DNA of 62,886 nucleotides, filler included, from Octopus bimaculoides (taxonomy: Eukaryota), in NCBI RefSeq assembly GCF_001194135.2. It is 3 parts of 3 records of this genome, joined end to end, with 100 filler letters (N's around TTAATTAATTAA, not from the genome) between each part and the next. Parts side by side here need not be neighbours in the genome. Positions count along the whole stretch, not along the records: positions 48,847 to 62,886 come from NC_068984.1; 2 more parts are not named here. One strand, given 5' to 3'. The position numbers were made by a program, and so were the translations under genes. Shown here one piece after another: positions 51,334-62,634 of the stretch. Position 1 is the first letter of the stretch, and each line of letters begins with the position of its first letter. The notes below the pieces were generated by a model, which had not been told where the DNA came from, searched no databases, and saw only the letters and a list, made by a program, of their open reading frames with translations.

Positions 51334-52071
51334 TTAAGAGGCTTTATAGGAGCACGGTTGAATGCACTTGTGTGCCTTATCAGCGAATTTCGCATGATAA
51401 TAGCACATACCTGGTTGTGTTTTGGAAGGTGAATTCCTTCGAGATCTGTCACGAGAGCATGAAGAAGAACACTTGGTACGGCACAGATCATTCACCCGAC
51501 GCGTAAGTTTATCTATTTTGTCGGCAAGAACATCAAAGGTGGAGGATTTATGTGAGGCTATTGATGAAGCCTCCGAAGAGACACAGGCGCCGTATGCAGG
51601 CTGTGCGGAAAATTCAAGAATTTTGTCTGCCATGGTGGCGACTTGATCTATAGTGTTGGCGTCAAGCGCCGTCGCCAAAATTGTGCGCACGTGAGCCGGC
51701 AGACGCGAGAAGAAAATCTTGCGTAGGAGAAGGGCGTCAGTTGACTCACCGCTCAACACCCTTAGGTGACGTAAGAACTCTGAAGGAGTCCTGTCACCTA
51801 ATTCTTCATCAGCCATCAGTTCATTAAATCTGCTCTCGGCAAACTTCGTGGTTCTTCGCAATATTTCTGCCTTTATAGGCGCATAAGTGGTGTCTGGGTT
51901 CGGGGATGTAATTAGATCCCTGGCAGATGTTGCAAGTGTTGTAGACAAACTACAATAGAGGAATTTCAATTGATTTGTCGGAGAAATTCCGTAGGCATCA
52001 AAGTGAGCCTCTAGCTGCGCGAACCATAAGATGGCATCACCCGTGAATTGTGGTAACATGTGGGACGACAT
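51334..52071 (-). CDS. gag: Retrotransposon Gag, 245 aa
   Basis: ATG at 52071; LWFAQLEAHF, ELGDRTPSEFLRHL, FFSRLPAHVRTIL; C-terminal CYYHAKFADKAHKCIQPC (C-X2-H-X9-C-X3-C). Confidence 0.9.
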   Translation of the reverse strand: MSSHMLPQFTGDAILWFAQLEAHFDAYGISPTNQLKFLYCSLSTTLATSARDLITSPNPDTTYAPIKAEILRRTTKFAESRFNELMADEELGDRTPSEFLRHLRVLSGESTDALLLRKIFFSRLPAHVRTILATALDANTIDQVATMADKILEFSAQPAYGACVSSEASSIASHKSSTFDVLADKIDKLTRRVNDLCRTKCSSSCSRDRSRRNSPSKTQPGMCYYHAKFADKAHKCIQPCSYKAS

Positions 52072-52592
52072 ATTTGTTCGAGAATGATTCCGTCAAAGTG
52101 AAAGGAAAGAAAGGGAACAAGGAATAAAATTTTCTCGATACGAGGACACAAAAACAAAGCCGATGATAAGAAACAATAATTTTGTTGTTGTTCTTGTTAT
52201 GTGTGTTGAAACAACAGTTGCACAAGAGAGAGAGAGAGAGAGAAAAAAGTTTTTCGTAAAACAAAAAAACAATGGTGTTTGCTTTTTTTTTTTCTTCTGT
52301 TCGTGCGAGTGTGTATGTTGCTTGTACTGCGTGCAGGGAAAAATATTTTACCAACTTTCTCGTATTTTTTTTTCGCAAGAGAGTTATAAGCAGGACAGGA
52401 CAGATAAATTAAATATTGTGTGTCTGTCGTCCTATACAGTTGTCCTGATGGCAACACAAGTTACACTGTTGAGGTTATGTAGTCCAATTGAATTGACACC
52501 ATGTGGCTTTGTAGCAAATGCTTGTTATTGTTTCATTCTTTGTCTCTTTCCAGTTGAAGAGTTGTGTAAGAGAAAATTTCGTATTCGTACTA

Positions 52593-52602
52593 GGAGTCAC
52601 CA
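52593..52602 (-). other. Primer-binding site (tRNA-Trp type)
   Basis: Minus strand TGGTGACTCC, 1 nt after the LTR end CA; resembles the TGGTGACCCC complement of the tRNA-Trp 3' end. Confidence 0.75.
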
Positions 52603-52603
52603 G

Positions 52604-53055
52604 TGTAAAAGTTGAATAGTTGTCATAAAGACTTTGGTTTCTCTCTCTATCACCTTTCAACAGCATTATATATGAAGAGACATTAGAACAATTTTACAAC
52701 GTAATAAAAAATGTTTTATTTTTTTCTTGATGCTTGGTTTCGCATTTCCTGTCATTCAGCTTAGCAGCCGCTGATTGAGTTGTATTTTGGTATTGGAAGG
52801 TTAAGGGCTTCCTTGATGCCTGCCAGAGAAGCAAGTAGCTATCACCATCGAAGGCATCGAGGTGAAGAGTGCTTCGTTGAGGAGCGAGTTGTCACGTAGA
52901 AGGTCTGTCGCGCAACTGCCTAACAAAGTGAAACTCACTCTTTAAGTACCAGTTTTACTACGCATGCGCACTCGAGGGGCTTCCGGTGGTGAAGTCCCCT
53001 GCGCATGCGCAGAATAGTACTTCATCAATGGCGGCTATAATTTCGCGCCACTACA
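52604..53055 (-). repeat. 5' LTR (452 bp)
   Basis: Minus strand begins TGTAGTGG and ends TTTTACA (TGTA...TACA); AATAAA at ~52716-52721; directly upstream of the PBS. No second LTR is in the window to confirm the boundaries. Confidence 0.75.
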
Positions 53056-54213
53056 GGCATAAGTCCAGGCAAGGTTGTTTGTAAACCAGCAATTGACCAC
53101 GCATAACAGTCACATATATCGTATAGTGGTATTTATAGCCATATCAAATTTCCAAATCTCCCCATGACATTCTTTTCACTCCAAAACTTTAGTAATCTAG
53201 CAAAATAACCTTGGCTAAGTCTACACGCACTTAGTTTGCTTCGAACTACATCCGTGGACGGACCTTGAATAAAGTTGCATAGAATGCTAACCAGCCAAAA
53301 NNNNNNNNNNNNNNNNNNNNNNNNNNNNNNNNNNNNNNNNNNNNNNNNNNNNNNNNNNNNNNNNNNNNNNNNNNNNNNNNNNNNNNNNNNNNNNNNNNNN
53401 NNNNNNNNNNNNNNNNNNNNNNNNNNNNNNNNNNNNNNNNNNNNNNNNNNNNNNNNNNNNNNNNNNNNNNNNNNNNNNNNNNNNNNNNNNNNNNNNNNNN
53501 NNNNNNNNNNNNNNNNNNNNNNNNNNNNNNNNNNNNNNNNNNAATGATGTAAATAAACAAATAAAACTGCTAGGGTTAGATATACAACATGCAGTTTTGA
53601 AAATGAAAGCAGATTGTTTTGGAAAATTTTAAGCGATGGCTACTAGCATGAACGCACACATATTTTGTAAAGAATGACAAAATTCGCCCCAAACGCAAAT
53701 TTCTGCGTGCACACAGCAAAGAAGTTAAAGACGTAGCGAGGCTTTTGCCTAGTTTGAAACCGTCTCGCTCAAATTCCCTGTTTAGAACCACAGCCTAAAT
53801 GCAAGACCAACCGCAAGAGATTAACAGCCTCTCCATAGCAGATAAGCTTATATTGTTCGACCAATCTGTATCGGCTGGTATGTAACCAATAAATTAGTAT
53901 ACTTGGAAGAAAGCTGTGTGTAATTCTCGCCAAATTGTTTTGCCAAAGGTTCTAGAAGCTTTGCCAAAAGTTATAGAACTTTGGATATTGAACTCTAAGA
54001 CAACGATCTTAAGTGACGCACAGAACTCTGTTACTCAATTCCATGGAAGTATTCTCACGTTTTCTACTTGTTTTGTCTATAATAACTATGAACAATTATC
54101 GAACAGATAACTAAAGTATTCTCATTTTACGCAGTGAAAATTTTCAAAGTTATCACTTGCACAAAGCGTATGTTATTTTCAGTTCGATTAATTCATTGTC
54201 CATATATAAGTGC

Positions 54214-54595
54214 GTGGAGGCGCAATGGCCCAGTGGTTAGGGTAGCGGACTCGCGGTCATAGGATCGCGGTTTCGATTCCCAGACCGGGCGTTGTGAGTG
54301 TTTATTGAGCGAAAACATCTAAAAGCTCCACAAGGCTCCGACGGGGGATGGTGGCGAACCCTGCTGTACTCTTTCACCACAACTTTCTCTCACTCTTACT
54401 TCCTGTTTCTGTTGTGCCTGTTATTCAAAGGGCCAGCCTTGTCACTCTGTGTCACGCTGAATATCCCCGAGAACTACGTTAAGGGTACACGTGTCTGTGG
54501 AGTGCTCAGCCACTTGCACGTTAATTTCACGAGCAGGCTGTTCCGTTGATCGGATCAACTGGAACCCTCGTCGTTGTAAGCGACGGAGTGCCAAC
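54214..54595 (+). mobile_element. SINE family B, tail type 2, 10-bp TSD
   Basis: Same ~190-nt head and body as 26257 but a different 3' half ending CGACGGAGTGCCAAC. TSD ATATAAGTGC at 54204-54213 and 54596-54605. Confidence 0.9.
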
Positions 54596-54654
54596 ATATA
54601 AGTGCAAGTGTTCGAATTTTCGAAATAATAACAACATAGAAACGTACATTATTA

Positions 54655-57545
54655 TTGGTTTCAAATATTGGCACAAAGCCAACTGGTTTAGGGGAAGGGC
54701 TAAGTCGATTACATCACTCTAGTGCTCACTGATACTTATTTTATCGATCCCAGAAGGATGATGAAACGTACATTATTAGGCAGCAAGCTAGCGTAATCGT
54801 AAGAGTATCGGACAATGTGCTTGGTGGTGTTTCTTCGGGCTTTTTACGTTTTGAGTTCAAATTCTGCTGTGATTGACTTTTCTTTTCATCCTTTCAAGGT
54901 CGATAAGATAAAGTATCAATCAAATACTTGAGTTGATGTAATCGACTGTCCCCTCATTTGAGCCAAAATTTGAAACCTTTATTAGTGCGGTCATTCTCCC
55001 TTTAGCACATAGCATACCAACCTATCTTCCTTCTATTGTGTATGTATTACTAATGATGATATGATGACCACCTCTATAGAGGAAACATGAAATTTGGTAA
55101 AAGGAAACATTGGGTAAGCTCGTCAGAAGAACCGTTACTGTTCATGGGATGGGGGTAGACTTAAACAATTACTTAGTTTAACATCAATACCTGGTCCTTG
55201 AGGTCTTTTAGCGGATTCAACCCTATCTAAAACATATGAACCATGTCTCTCGTCTGAGAATGATTTCTTCCCTTTCTCTCTTCATCCGACCTGTCTCAGT
55301 GGTCCCTGAAAAGGGTCATGATGCTGCCCTGCCTCTACTGATTTAGAAATAGAAAAAAGAAAGTTCTTGAAATGGCATAAACTTAGAAGATTCTATTAGA
55401 TACCTTCAAAAACAGAAAATAAAATACTTGTTTCAAATTTTGGCAGAAAACCAGCAATTTCGGGGGAGGGAATAAGTCGATTACATCGAACCCAGTGCTC
55501 AACTGGTTCTTATTTTATTGACTCCGAAATTATGAAGGTCATTCTCGACCTCAGCAGATTTTGACCCTAGGACGTAAGCATTTTGCCCGGCGTGCTAACA
55601 ATCCTGCCAGCTCGTCACTTTAATGTCAAGAATTGGATAAAAATAAATTAAAGTGAATTTATAAGGACAGCACTAGAAAAGAAGAAGAAAATGAAGAATG
55701 GTGTGGTTGGTTAATATCAAGAATTGGACAAACTTGGAATACAATCAATGCACAGGGGCAACACAAGAAATACCAAGATAGCGATCTAAGACACCCACAG
55801 AGAGCAGTTGATACCATTTGACAACTTATACTTATCCTTGTTGTTATTGTTGTTGTAATTTTTGCTTAACCTCTGGTCAATCCTTATCAAAGGCATCTAG
55901 CTGTCACTATCCCACGGCATAGAGTATCTAGAACTGCATTATCAATGATCCATTATTATAATTGCCTTTAAGGCGGCGAGCTGGCAGAATCCTTAACACG
56001 CTGGGCAAAATGCTTAGAGGCATTTTGTCCGTCTTTACCGTTCCGAGTTCAAATGCAGCCGGGCTCGATTTTTGAACACTGGGATCGATGTAATCGACTT
56101 ATCCCGAAATTACTGGCCTTGTACCAAAATTTGAAACCATCTTATAATAATTCTGCTTGTTCCTCCGTTACTTAGCCCGTCTGTAACGCTTCCATGTGAT
56201 TAGTTGAAGGGAGAGAGGGGAGGAGGAGGTGGTGAGGAGTGAAATGTGTAATTTTTGTTTTGGAACTAAGTTTATTCTTCCGTAACTTAGCCCGTCTGGA
56301 ACGCTTTTGCGTGACTAGTTGAAAGGAAAGGCGAAGAGCGAAAGAAAAAGGAGAGAGAAAAAGAGGGTTAGGCGAAGAGTGAGAGAGAGAAATAGGGAGA
56401 CTGCTGTATATTAAGTATATAAAAATTGCGCATAAAGTATATAAAGTGTATATATAAATTGCATTAATTAATCATCGTATTCCAATTTCCTTCACCTTTC
56501 ATTGATTAGCAGATAAGCGACCATCTTTTTATACAAACACAACATAGGCTACACTTTCAGGTGTTTTAGAAAAGTTTTCAGAAATAACTCAATAGGTTTA
56601 ATTCCGTGAAATATTCACGGGTCCCGTTAAAGATTATAATTGTCTTTCCTGTTCTTTATTTTTGTTAATTCTGCTGTGTAGGATTCAAGAGAGATTTAGC
56701 TGTAATTTAAAGTAGATCGAACAACAATGTTAATCTTTTATTAATTCTTTTTGCTACTGATAGTATATGTAGGCAAAGCTTTAAAGGTTATTTTCTGCTT
56801 TTTGTCTGTTATTTGTTGTTTCCCATAATTCAATAATTTAATATTTTTCGTTTTAAATAAAATTATATCTCTACTTTAAGGCGGCTAGCTGGCCGAATCG
56901 TGAGCACGCCGGTCAAAATGCTTACTGGAATTTCGTCCGTCTTTATGTTTTGAGTTCAAATTCCGCCGATGTCGACTCTGCCTTCTATCCTTCGGGGGTC
57001 GATAAAATAATTACTAGTTGAGCACTGGGGTTGATGTAATCGACTTAACCCCTCTCTCGAGCTTGCTGGCCTTTTGGCCAAAATTTGAAGCCAATGCTAT
57101 TGACAGCGAGCTGGCAGAATCGTTAGCACACCAAGCAAAATGCTTAACGGCATTCGCTTGTATTTACGTTCTGAGTTCACATTCTGTCGTAGTCGGCTTT
57201 GCCTTTTATTCTTTCGGAGGTCGATAAAATAAGTACCAGTTGAGCACTGTGGTCGATGTAATCGACTTCCCCTCTTTCCCCAAGTTACTGGTCTTGTACC
57301 AAATTTTGAAATCAATATTATATTTCTGCTCTAATAAGTTAGTGAGTTCATAGAATAATTACAGCGCCGGGCAAAACGAAACAAAGAAAAAAACTTAAAG
57401 GCATGTCTTCAGGTTTTTGACGTTGTGAATCCAAGTCCCACAGGTGTTGGCTTCTCCTTTCTGAATCGATAAAATAAGTACTTGTGAAGTACTGGAGTCA
57501 ATGTAATCCTCTTAAAATTGCTGGACTTGTTCCAAAATTTAAAAG
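54655..57545. mobile_element. Cluster of seven family D SINE copies in both orientations
   Basis: 54655-54762(-), 54779-54980(+), 55428-55620(-), 55968-56140(+), 56876-57095(+), 57100-57318(+), 57360-57545(+). The first has a 16-bp TSD GAAACGTACATTATTA (54639-54654 / 54763-54778). Confidence 0.85.
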
Positions 57546-58168
57546 GAAACTCGTTTTAACATTTTTGTTAAAGCAGTGTATTTTACTCTAATTTTCCAAA
57601 AGCAAAGAGGTTCCCAAAGTAACAAAACTGCTTTTTTCGTAATAAACAACAATAACAACAACAAAAAGATAATACAGAGGATAATAGAGGGTAACTCTTT
57701 AACGCTTTTTTAAATATGTGTCATCCAGATAACAGAACCTATCTACTCTTAAGTTATCAGAGCGGTCCATGGTCTTCAGTTCAGGGCTGTTCATTTCATG
57801 CCCTTTACTAATTTATTTTTGGTTTGCCACTAATCTCATTACGTCTTTTGTTTATCCATTCTTTGGCTCTGATTGTTTAATAATTAGTTATTAAAAAAAA
57901 ATAAATTAATGGCTTAGTTAAAGGAGGAAGGGCAACGGTCATGATCCCCTTCAAGGGCCTCTGTTGATAACAGGAGAAAAGAAATAAGTGATTCTTATGT
58001 GGAAGAGTTGCCACGAATATTTGCAACGGAGTGAATTTCACTATAAGTACAGAAGGAAGAAGTGGTGGTGCGAAGCAAGGCAACACGTTAAATCTATAAC
58101 TAAAAAATGTCTTTGGCTTCTTTCATCTTTCCATGTATATACGCTCATGCGAGCGCATGTCTGTATGT

Positions 58169-58930
58169 AATTATTCAGTTTTATTTCAAGATTTCTTGCC
58201 AATAGAGAAAGAGCCGGTTTTTCACCGAGATCTAAGGCTCCTTCATTGAAATTTCAACATGAACAACAGGGTATTTTGTATGTATGTATGTATGTATGTA
58301 TGTATGTATGTATGTATGTATGTATGTATGTGTGCAGGTTTGTATGTACGTATGTATGTATGTTTGTATGTATGTATGTACGTACGTATGTATGTATGTA
58401 TGTAGTCAATTTAAACATGAACAAGCAAGAAAAAACGGAAAAAAAAAGAAACACGAAAAACAACGCGAGGACGTGGAATAAGTACACGAAAGGAAAGAAA
58501 AGAAAGAGGATTTAACGTTTCGATCGGAGATCTTTGTCAGAAATATAGGAAAAGTCCAAAGAAGGGAAGACGGAGAAAGAAAATCGCCAACGATGCACTA
58601 TGTATGTATGTATGTATGTATGTATGTGTGCAGGTTTGTATGCATTGTTTAATGTATTCTGATGCATATAATTGCATATCTAGATGTACTCACATATATT
58701 TAAATGATAAACTTCTGGAAAGTTTTACAGACTTTTACAGTTCCAGTGATGGATTGGATCTGTAGTCTTCAAATGAGTTTTCTCCTTTCTGATTTTGAGA
58801 AGCCCAATTTTTCAAAACTGGTATTTAGGTAGTGTGTTACATATTCCAGGAGCCCAATAATTACAGGTATAAACTTGAGCTTGTAATCTGGATGGAGTCG
58901 CTGCAGATTTCTCAATAGTTCAGCGTAAGT
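58169..58930 (-). mobile_element. R4/Dong-like RLE LINE 3' end (copy 2), with (CATA)n in and around it
   Basis: 58930-58700 reads TYAELLRNLQRLHPDYKLKFIPVIIGLLEYV...LQIQSITGTVKVCKTFQKFII*. The 3' UTR ends AAATAAAACTGAATAATT then ACATAC and is interrupted by an insert at 58414-58595. Confidence 0.85.
58510..58544 (-). ncRNA. Minimal hammerhead motif with G8->A change, in a ~180-bp insert
   Basis: Minus strand AUUU CUGACAA A GAUC-UCC-GAUC GAAA CGU U AAAU. Stem I 4 bp, stem II 4 bp, ACGU palindromic stem III, triplet GUU. The G8 change predicts inactivity. Confidence 0.55.
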
Positions 58931-59040
58931 ATTTGTATGTATGTATGTATGTATGTATGTATGTATGTATGTATGTATGTATGTATGTATGTATTTATGT
59001 ATGTATGTATGTATGTATGTATGTATGTATGTATGTATGA

Positions 59041-60950
59041 TCTTTTCTGATTTTAATTATTCAAATTCTTCCTCTGAGGAAGGAGATGGTTTCTGATAAA
59101 GATACAAACCTTCATCGCTGGAATGTAGATAACAAAAACAGTGTCACATTTTAAATTTGAGAAAAGTTTTGCAAATATTTACTGTTCCATTTACAGGTTG
59201 TATTTGTAGAGTGCAAGTTAGTCGGTTGATTTCATTTTCTGAAAATGCTATCTTATGCAGATTGTCATTTTGACATTTATTCACGAAATCAAGTGCACCA
59301 ATTATTATTGGTATAAATGTGAATTTACAATCTGGATATAGAAGCTGGAAGTTTCGAAGCCGTTGTCAGAGATATTCACATCAGCAGGACAGCTGACCGT
59401 TGTGACGGTACATACTTTTTCTTGTCTGTTTCAAACAACAATATCCGGACTGTTATGTTTACATTTGATAGATGTTTTGATGGGAATGTTCCACCAGTAT
59501 TCCTTGTGTGTATATTTGTGTATGTTTCCAATAAGAGGGTTATTCTCTATATTTATTCCAGGATAGTCTTTTTTTCTGAATTGCATTGTACGTGGTCTGA
59601 TCAATAAGTATCCGGACTGTTGTTATAGTAACGAAGCTAAAGCACAGAGAGTAAAGCCGCTAGGCACATACTGACCTTAAACTCTGCTGTGCATGCGCAC
59701 AAAGTTTTAAAGTTCTAGCTTACTTCTACTGCTTACAGCAGTGCTTGGAAGGAAGGTGTGTAGCGTATGATCGTGGCATTGACCATGACAGAGAAAGCTG
59801 AGCAGAGAATCTGCATCAAATGTTGCCAAAAGTTTGGCGATACCTGCTCAGAGGCCTACGCAAAGTTTTCAAAAAGTTTTCATCGTTTTCGACACAATCA
59901 AGGAAATCTTGTGCAACTGAAACCTAAGTATCTTTTTGGTCAGCTGAAAACAGTTTTGGCACTAACTTGATAGACACGCGTCTCATATCCAGATCATCAG
60001 CGATAATGGACTGAACTGAACCGTAACTAATCTGCACATCCTCTGATAACTCACGGATGGTGATTCGACGATTTCCCCTCACAGCTGCACGCACATCTGC
60101 GATGTTTTTCTCAGTTCTTCTGGCTGCAGGTCCCCCCAGAACGTTCGTCAATGTCGACATTTTTTCAGCCATCTTGGAAAACGTCTGAACCACTCGTACA
60201 TTCCTCATACACTCCTCATACACTCCTCTCCATACACTTTTTGCCATGGTCATGGTCAATGCGACGATCACACGCTACACACCTTCCTTCCAAGCATGGC
60301 TGTAAACAGCGGAAGTGAGCTAGAACGTTAAAACTTAGTGTGCATGCACAACAAAATTTGAGGTTAATTTGTGTCAAGCGGATTCACTCTGCGTTCTTTA
60401 GCTTCGTTACTATGGCAACAGCCCGGATACTTATTGATCAGACCTCGTATACTGCTTTTGCGATATCATTGTGTCCGTAGGGAGGTAGTACCTTCACATT
60501 TTTGGGCAACTGCTTATCACATGTATGATGCCATCTTCAGAAATATGACATATCTACATTTTCGGTTGCATGTTGGAGCTCCAAGGGACTCACTGTTTCA
60601 TTTGTTTATTTGGTATTTCTCTTGTTCTTGGATTGCAAATGCATAGCCTTCAAAGTGTAATGTGATGGAGTGGTTACGAGCCCAAAAGAGGCTGCACTTC
60701 ATGTCGATATTACTGCTTTCTTCAAGTCTTCGGGAAACATACCTATGCACAGTGGTTTTGGTATGCTGAGCATTTTACATGCAGGTCTTTGAGATACGGT
60801 GGTCCAGTTGTTTTGGAGTTGTATGGGAGGTCATACAACTCACGTTTTCTGAAGAATTTCTAATCGGAGATACCGCTCATGTTTATCCTGCATGTACAAT
60901 TTTGTCACTCCTATTAGCAAATGAAACATGTGTAATGGTGAATAAATAAT
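59041..60950 (-). mobile_element. R4/Dong-like RLE LINE (copy 1), 5'-truncated, split by a mariner insertion
   Basis: Minus strand: HFEGYAFAIQEQE; CCHC knuckle CNRKCR/CHISEDGIIHVISSCPKM; ...DIAKAV|YNAIQKKD across the insertion; EYWWNIPIKTSIKCKHNSPDIVV (PD motif); FIPIIIGALD; stop at 59144-59146; then (CATA)n. Confidence 0.9.
59591..60447. mobile_element. Non-autonomous mariner foldback made of two 5' ends head-to-head, TA TSD
   Basis: TA|cgtggtctgatcaataagtatccggactg ... cagcccggatacttattgatcagacctcg|TA. About 205-bp inverted arms; both arms start MIVALTM; transposase N-terminal fragments on both strands; no catalytic domain. Confidence 0.92.
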
Positions 60951-61006
60951 ACGAAAAAAATTACCAATCTCCTGTTTTGATATATGGCACGTATGTATAC
61001 AATTAC

Positions 61007-61068
<62 letters not shown>

Positions 61069-61469
61069 ATGATTGTGTATATGTGCCTATATTTGTACAT
61101 AGTTTCACTTACACACACATATACAAGCACATATATGACAGTTATTGAACATTACGTAATATTACGCAAGTTCACATGAACTGCGAAAGTTCAGAGATAA
61201 TAATAGACGATTAATCATAACGTAAACATTAAAGGCAAAAAAAAAAAGCAACTACAGAAAACAAACACAACAAAAAGACAAAAAAGAAAATTAGAAAGAA
61301 AACGCATTATGAACAGTCACGCACCCAAATTCTCTCAATCTTCCTTCTCTCGCACTCAAACATCTCCCTATCTCTCCAGAATGTAATGATTCTTTAAATA
61401 TTCAATTTCTATAGTCAATTGTTGAACGTCGCGAAACATACCGTCGATTTTTGTTCACTATTAATATAA

Positions 61470-61915
61470 TTAAGGCGACGAGCTGGTAGTATCGTTAACA
61501 CGCGAGGCAGGCAAAATGCTCCGATGCATTTCGTCCGTCGTTACGTTCTGAATTCAAGTACTGCCGAGGTCAACTGTGCCTTTCATCCTTTCAGGGTCGA
61601 TAAAATAAATACCAGCTGAGCACTGATGTCGATGTAACCAACTTAGCCACTCCCCTCGAACTTGCTAGCTTTGTGCCAAAATTTGAAACCATTATTAACA
61701 TAATTAGTAAAGCACCCAGCTGACAGAATTGTTAGTATGCTGGACTAAACGCTTAGTGATATTCTTTCCGGCTCTGCATTCCGAATTCAGATTCCACCGA
61801 GGTCGACATTACCTTTCCTCCTATAGAAGCTCGTTGAAATAAGTACCAGTTGAACATTGGTGTCGATGTAATCGTATGGCTCCTTCCCCACAAAATTTCA
61901 GGCCTCATGCCTATA
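61470..61915 (+). mobile_element. Two head-to-tail family D SINEs
   Basis: taaggcgacgagctgg...gtgccaaaatttgaaacc (61470-61692) and a second, more diverged copy (61715-61915). Confidence 0.8.
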
Positions 61916-62634
61916 ACAGAAGGAATTAACATAATTAGTATTTAATTAATTGAACCCAGAGTAGTGAATAATAATTCTTTCTAATTTTGGTACAAGGCCT
62001 GGAAGAGCTTTGGTTTTCTCTTTCTTTTCTGTATGTCGCATCGTACTAGCTACATCTCTTTCTAAATATTTGAATGCATGATTCTAGTTTAATTCTCTTA
62101 TTTTAGTAACTGTATTTTAATAAATCTGCGATGGACTGACATCCCGTCCAGCTGGGGAGCACATACGCCATTGAAACCGGGAAACCGGGCCCATGAGCCT
62201 GGCTAGGCTTTAAAAGGGCGCAAGCATTTTAATAAATACTTTCAGTGTTATCTAATTCTTATAGAAGCTCGATGTACATTTGTTAAATCCAATAATCGCT
62301 TTATGTCATGCAAAAATATATGAAGAATTTCAATTAGGTTTCAAATCAGTAACGCCTTTTATACATAATTTTACGCAACCCTTTGAGACGAGATGGTTTA
62401 TTGCTTGTCCATAGATCGTACAACCATTGGTAGATTTATTCGATACTAGCGGGACCCGCGAATATTTCACAGAATTAATGGCAAACCTATTGGATTATGT
62501 CTGAAAACTTTATCCAAAAATCCTGAAAGCGTAGCCTTCATTGTGTTTGTATGGAAAGATAGTCGCTCACCCGATACTCATTGAAAGGTGAAAGAAATTG
62601 GAATACGATGATGATTACTTAATGCATTTTATGT

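Larger units (their letters stand above)
48847..53055 (-). mobile_element. Ty3/gypsy LTR retrotransposon, CsRn1-like clade; 3' part missing at the assembly join
   Basis: Order is LTR - PBS - gag - PR - RT - RNaseH - IN. The CHCC-type gag knuckle and tRNA-Trp-type PBS are established hallmarks of the CsRn1 clade. Confidence 0.95.

Noticed and set aside
55190-55305. Minus-strand segment with good splice sites and a neuropeptide-like GPLRQVG motif
   Set aside because: Stop codons in all three frames.
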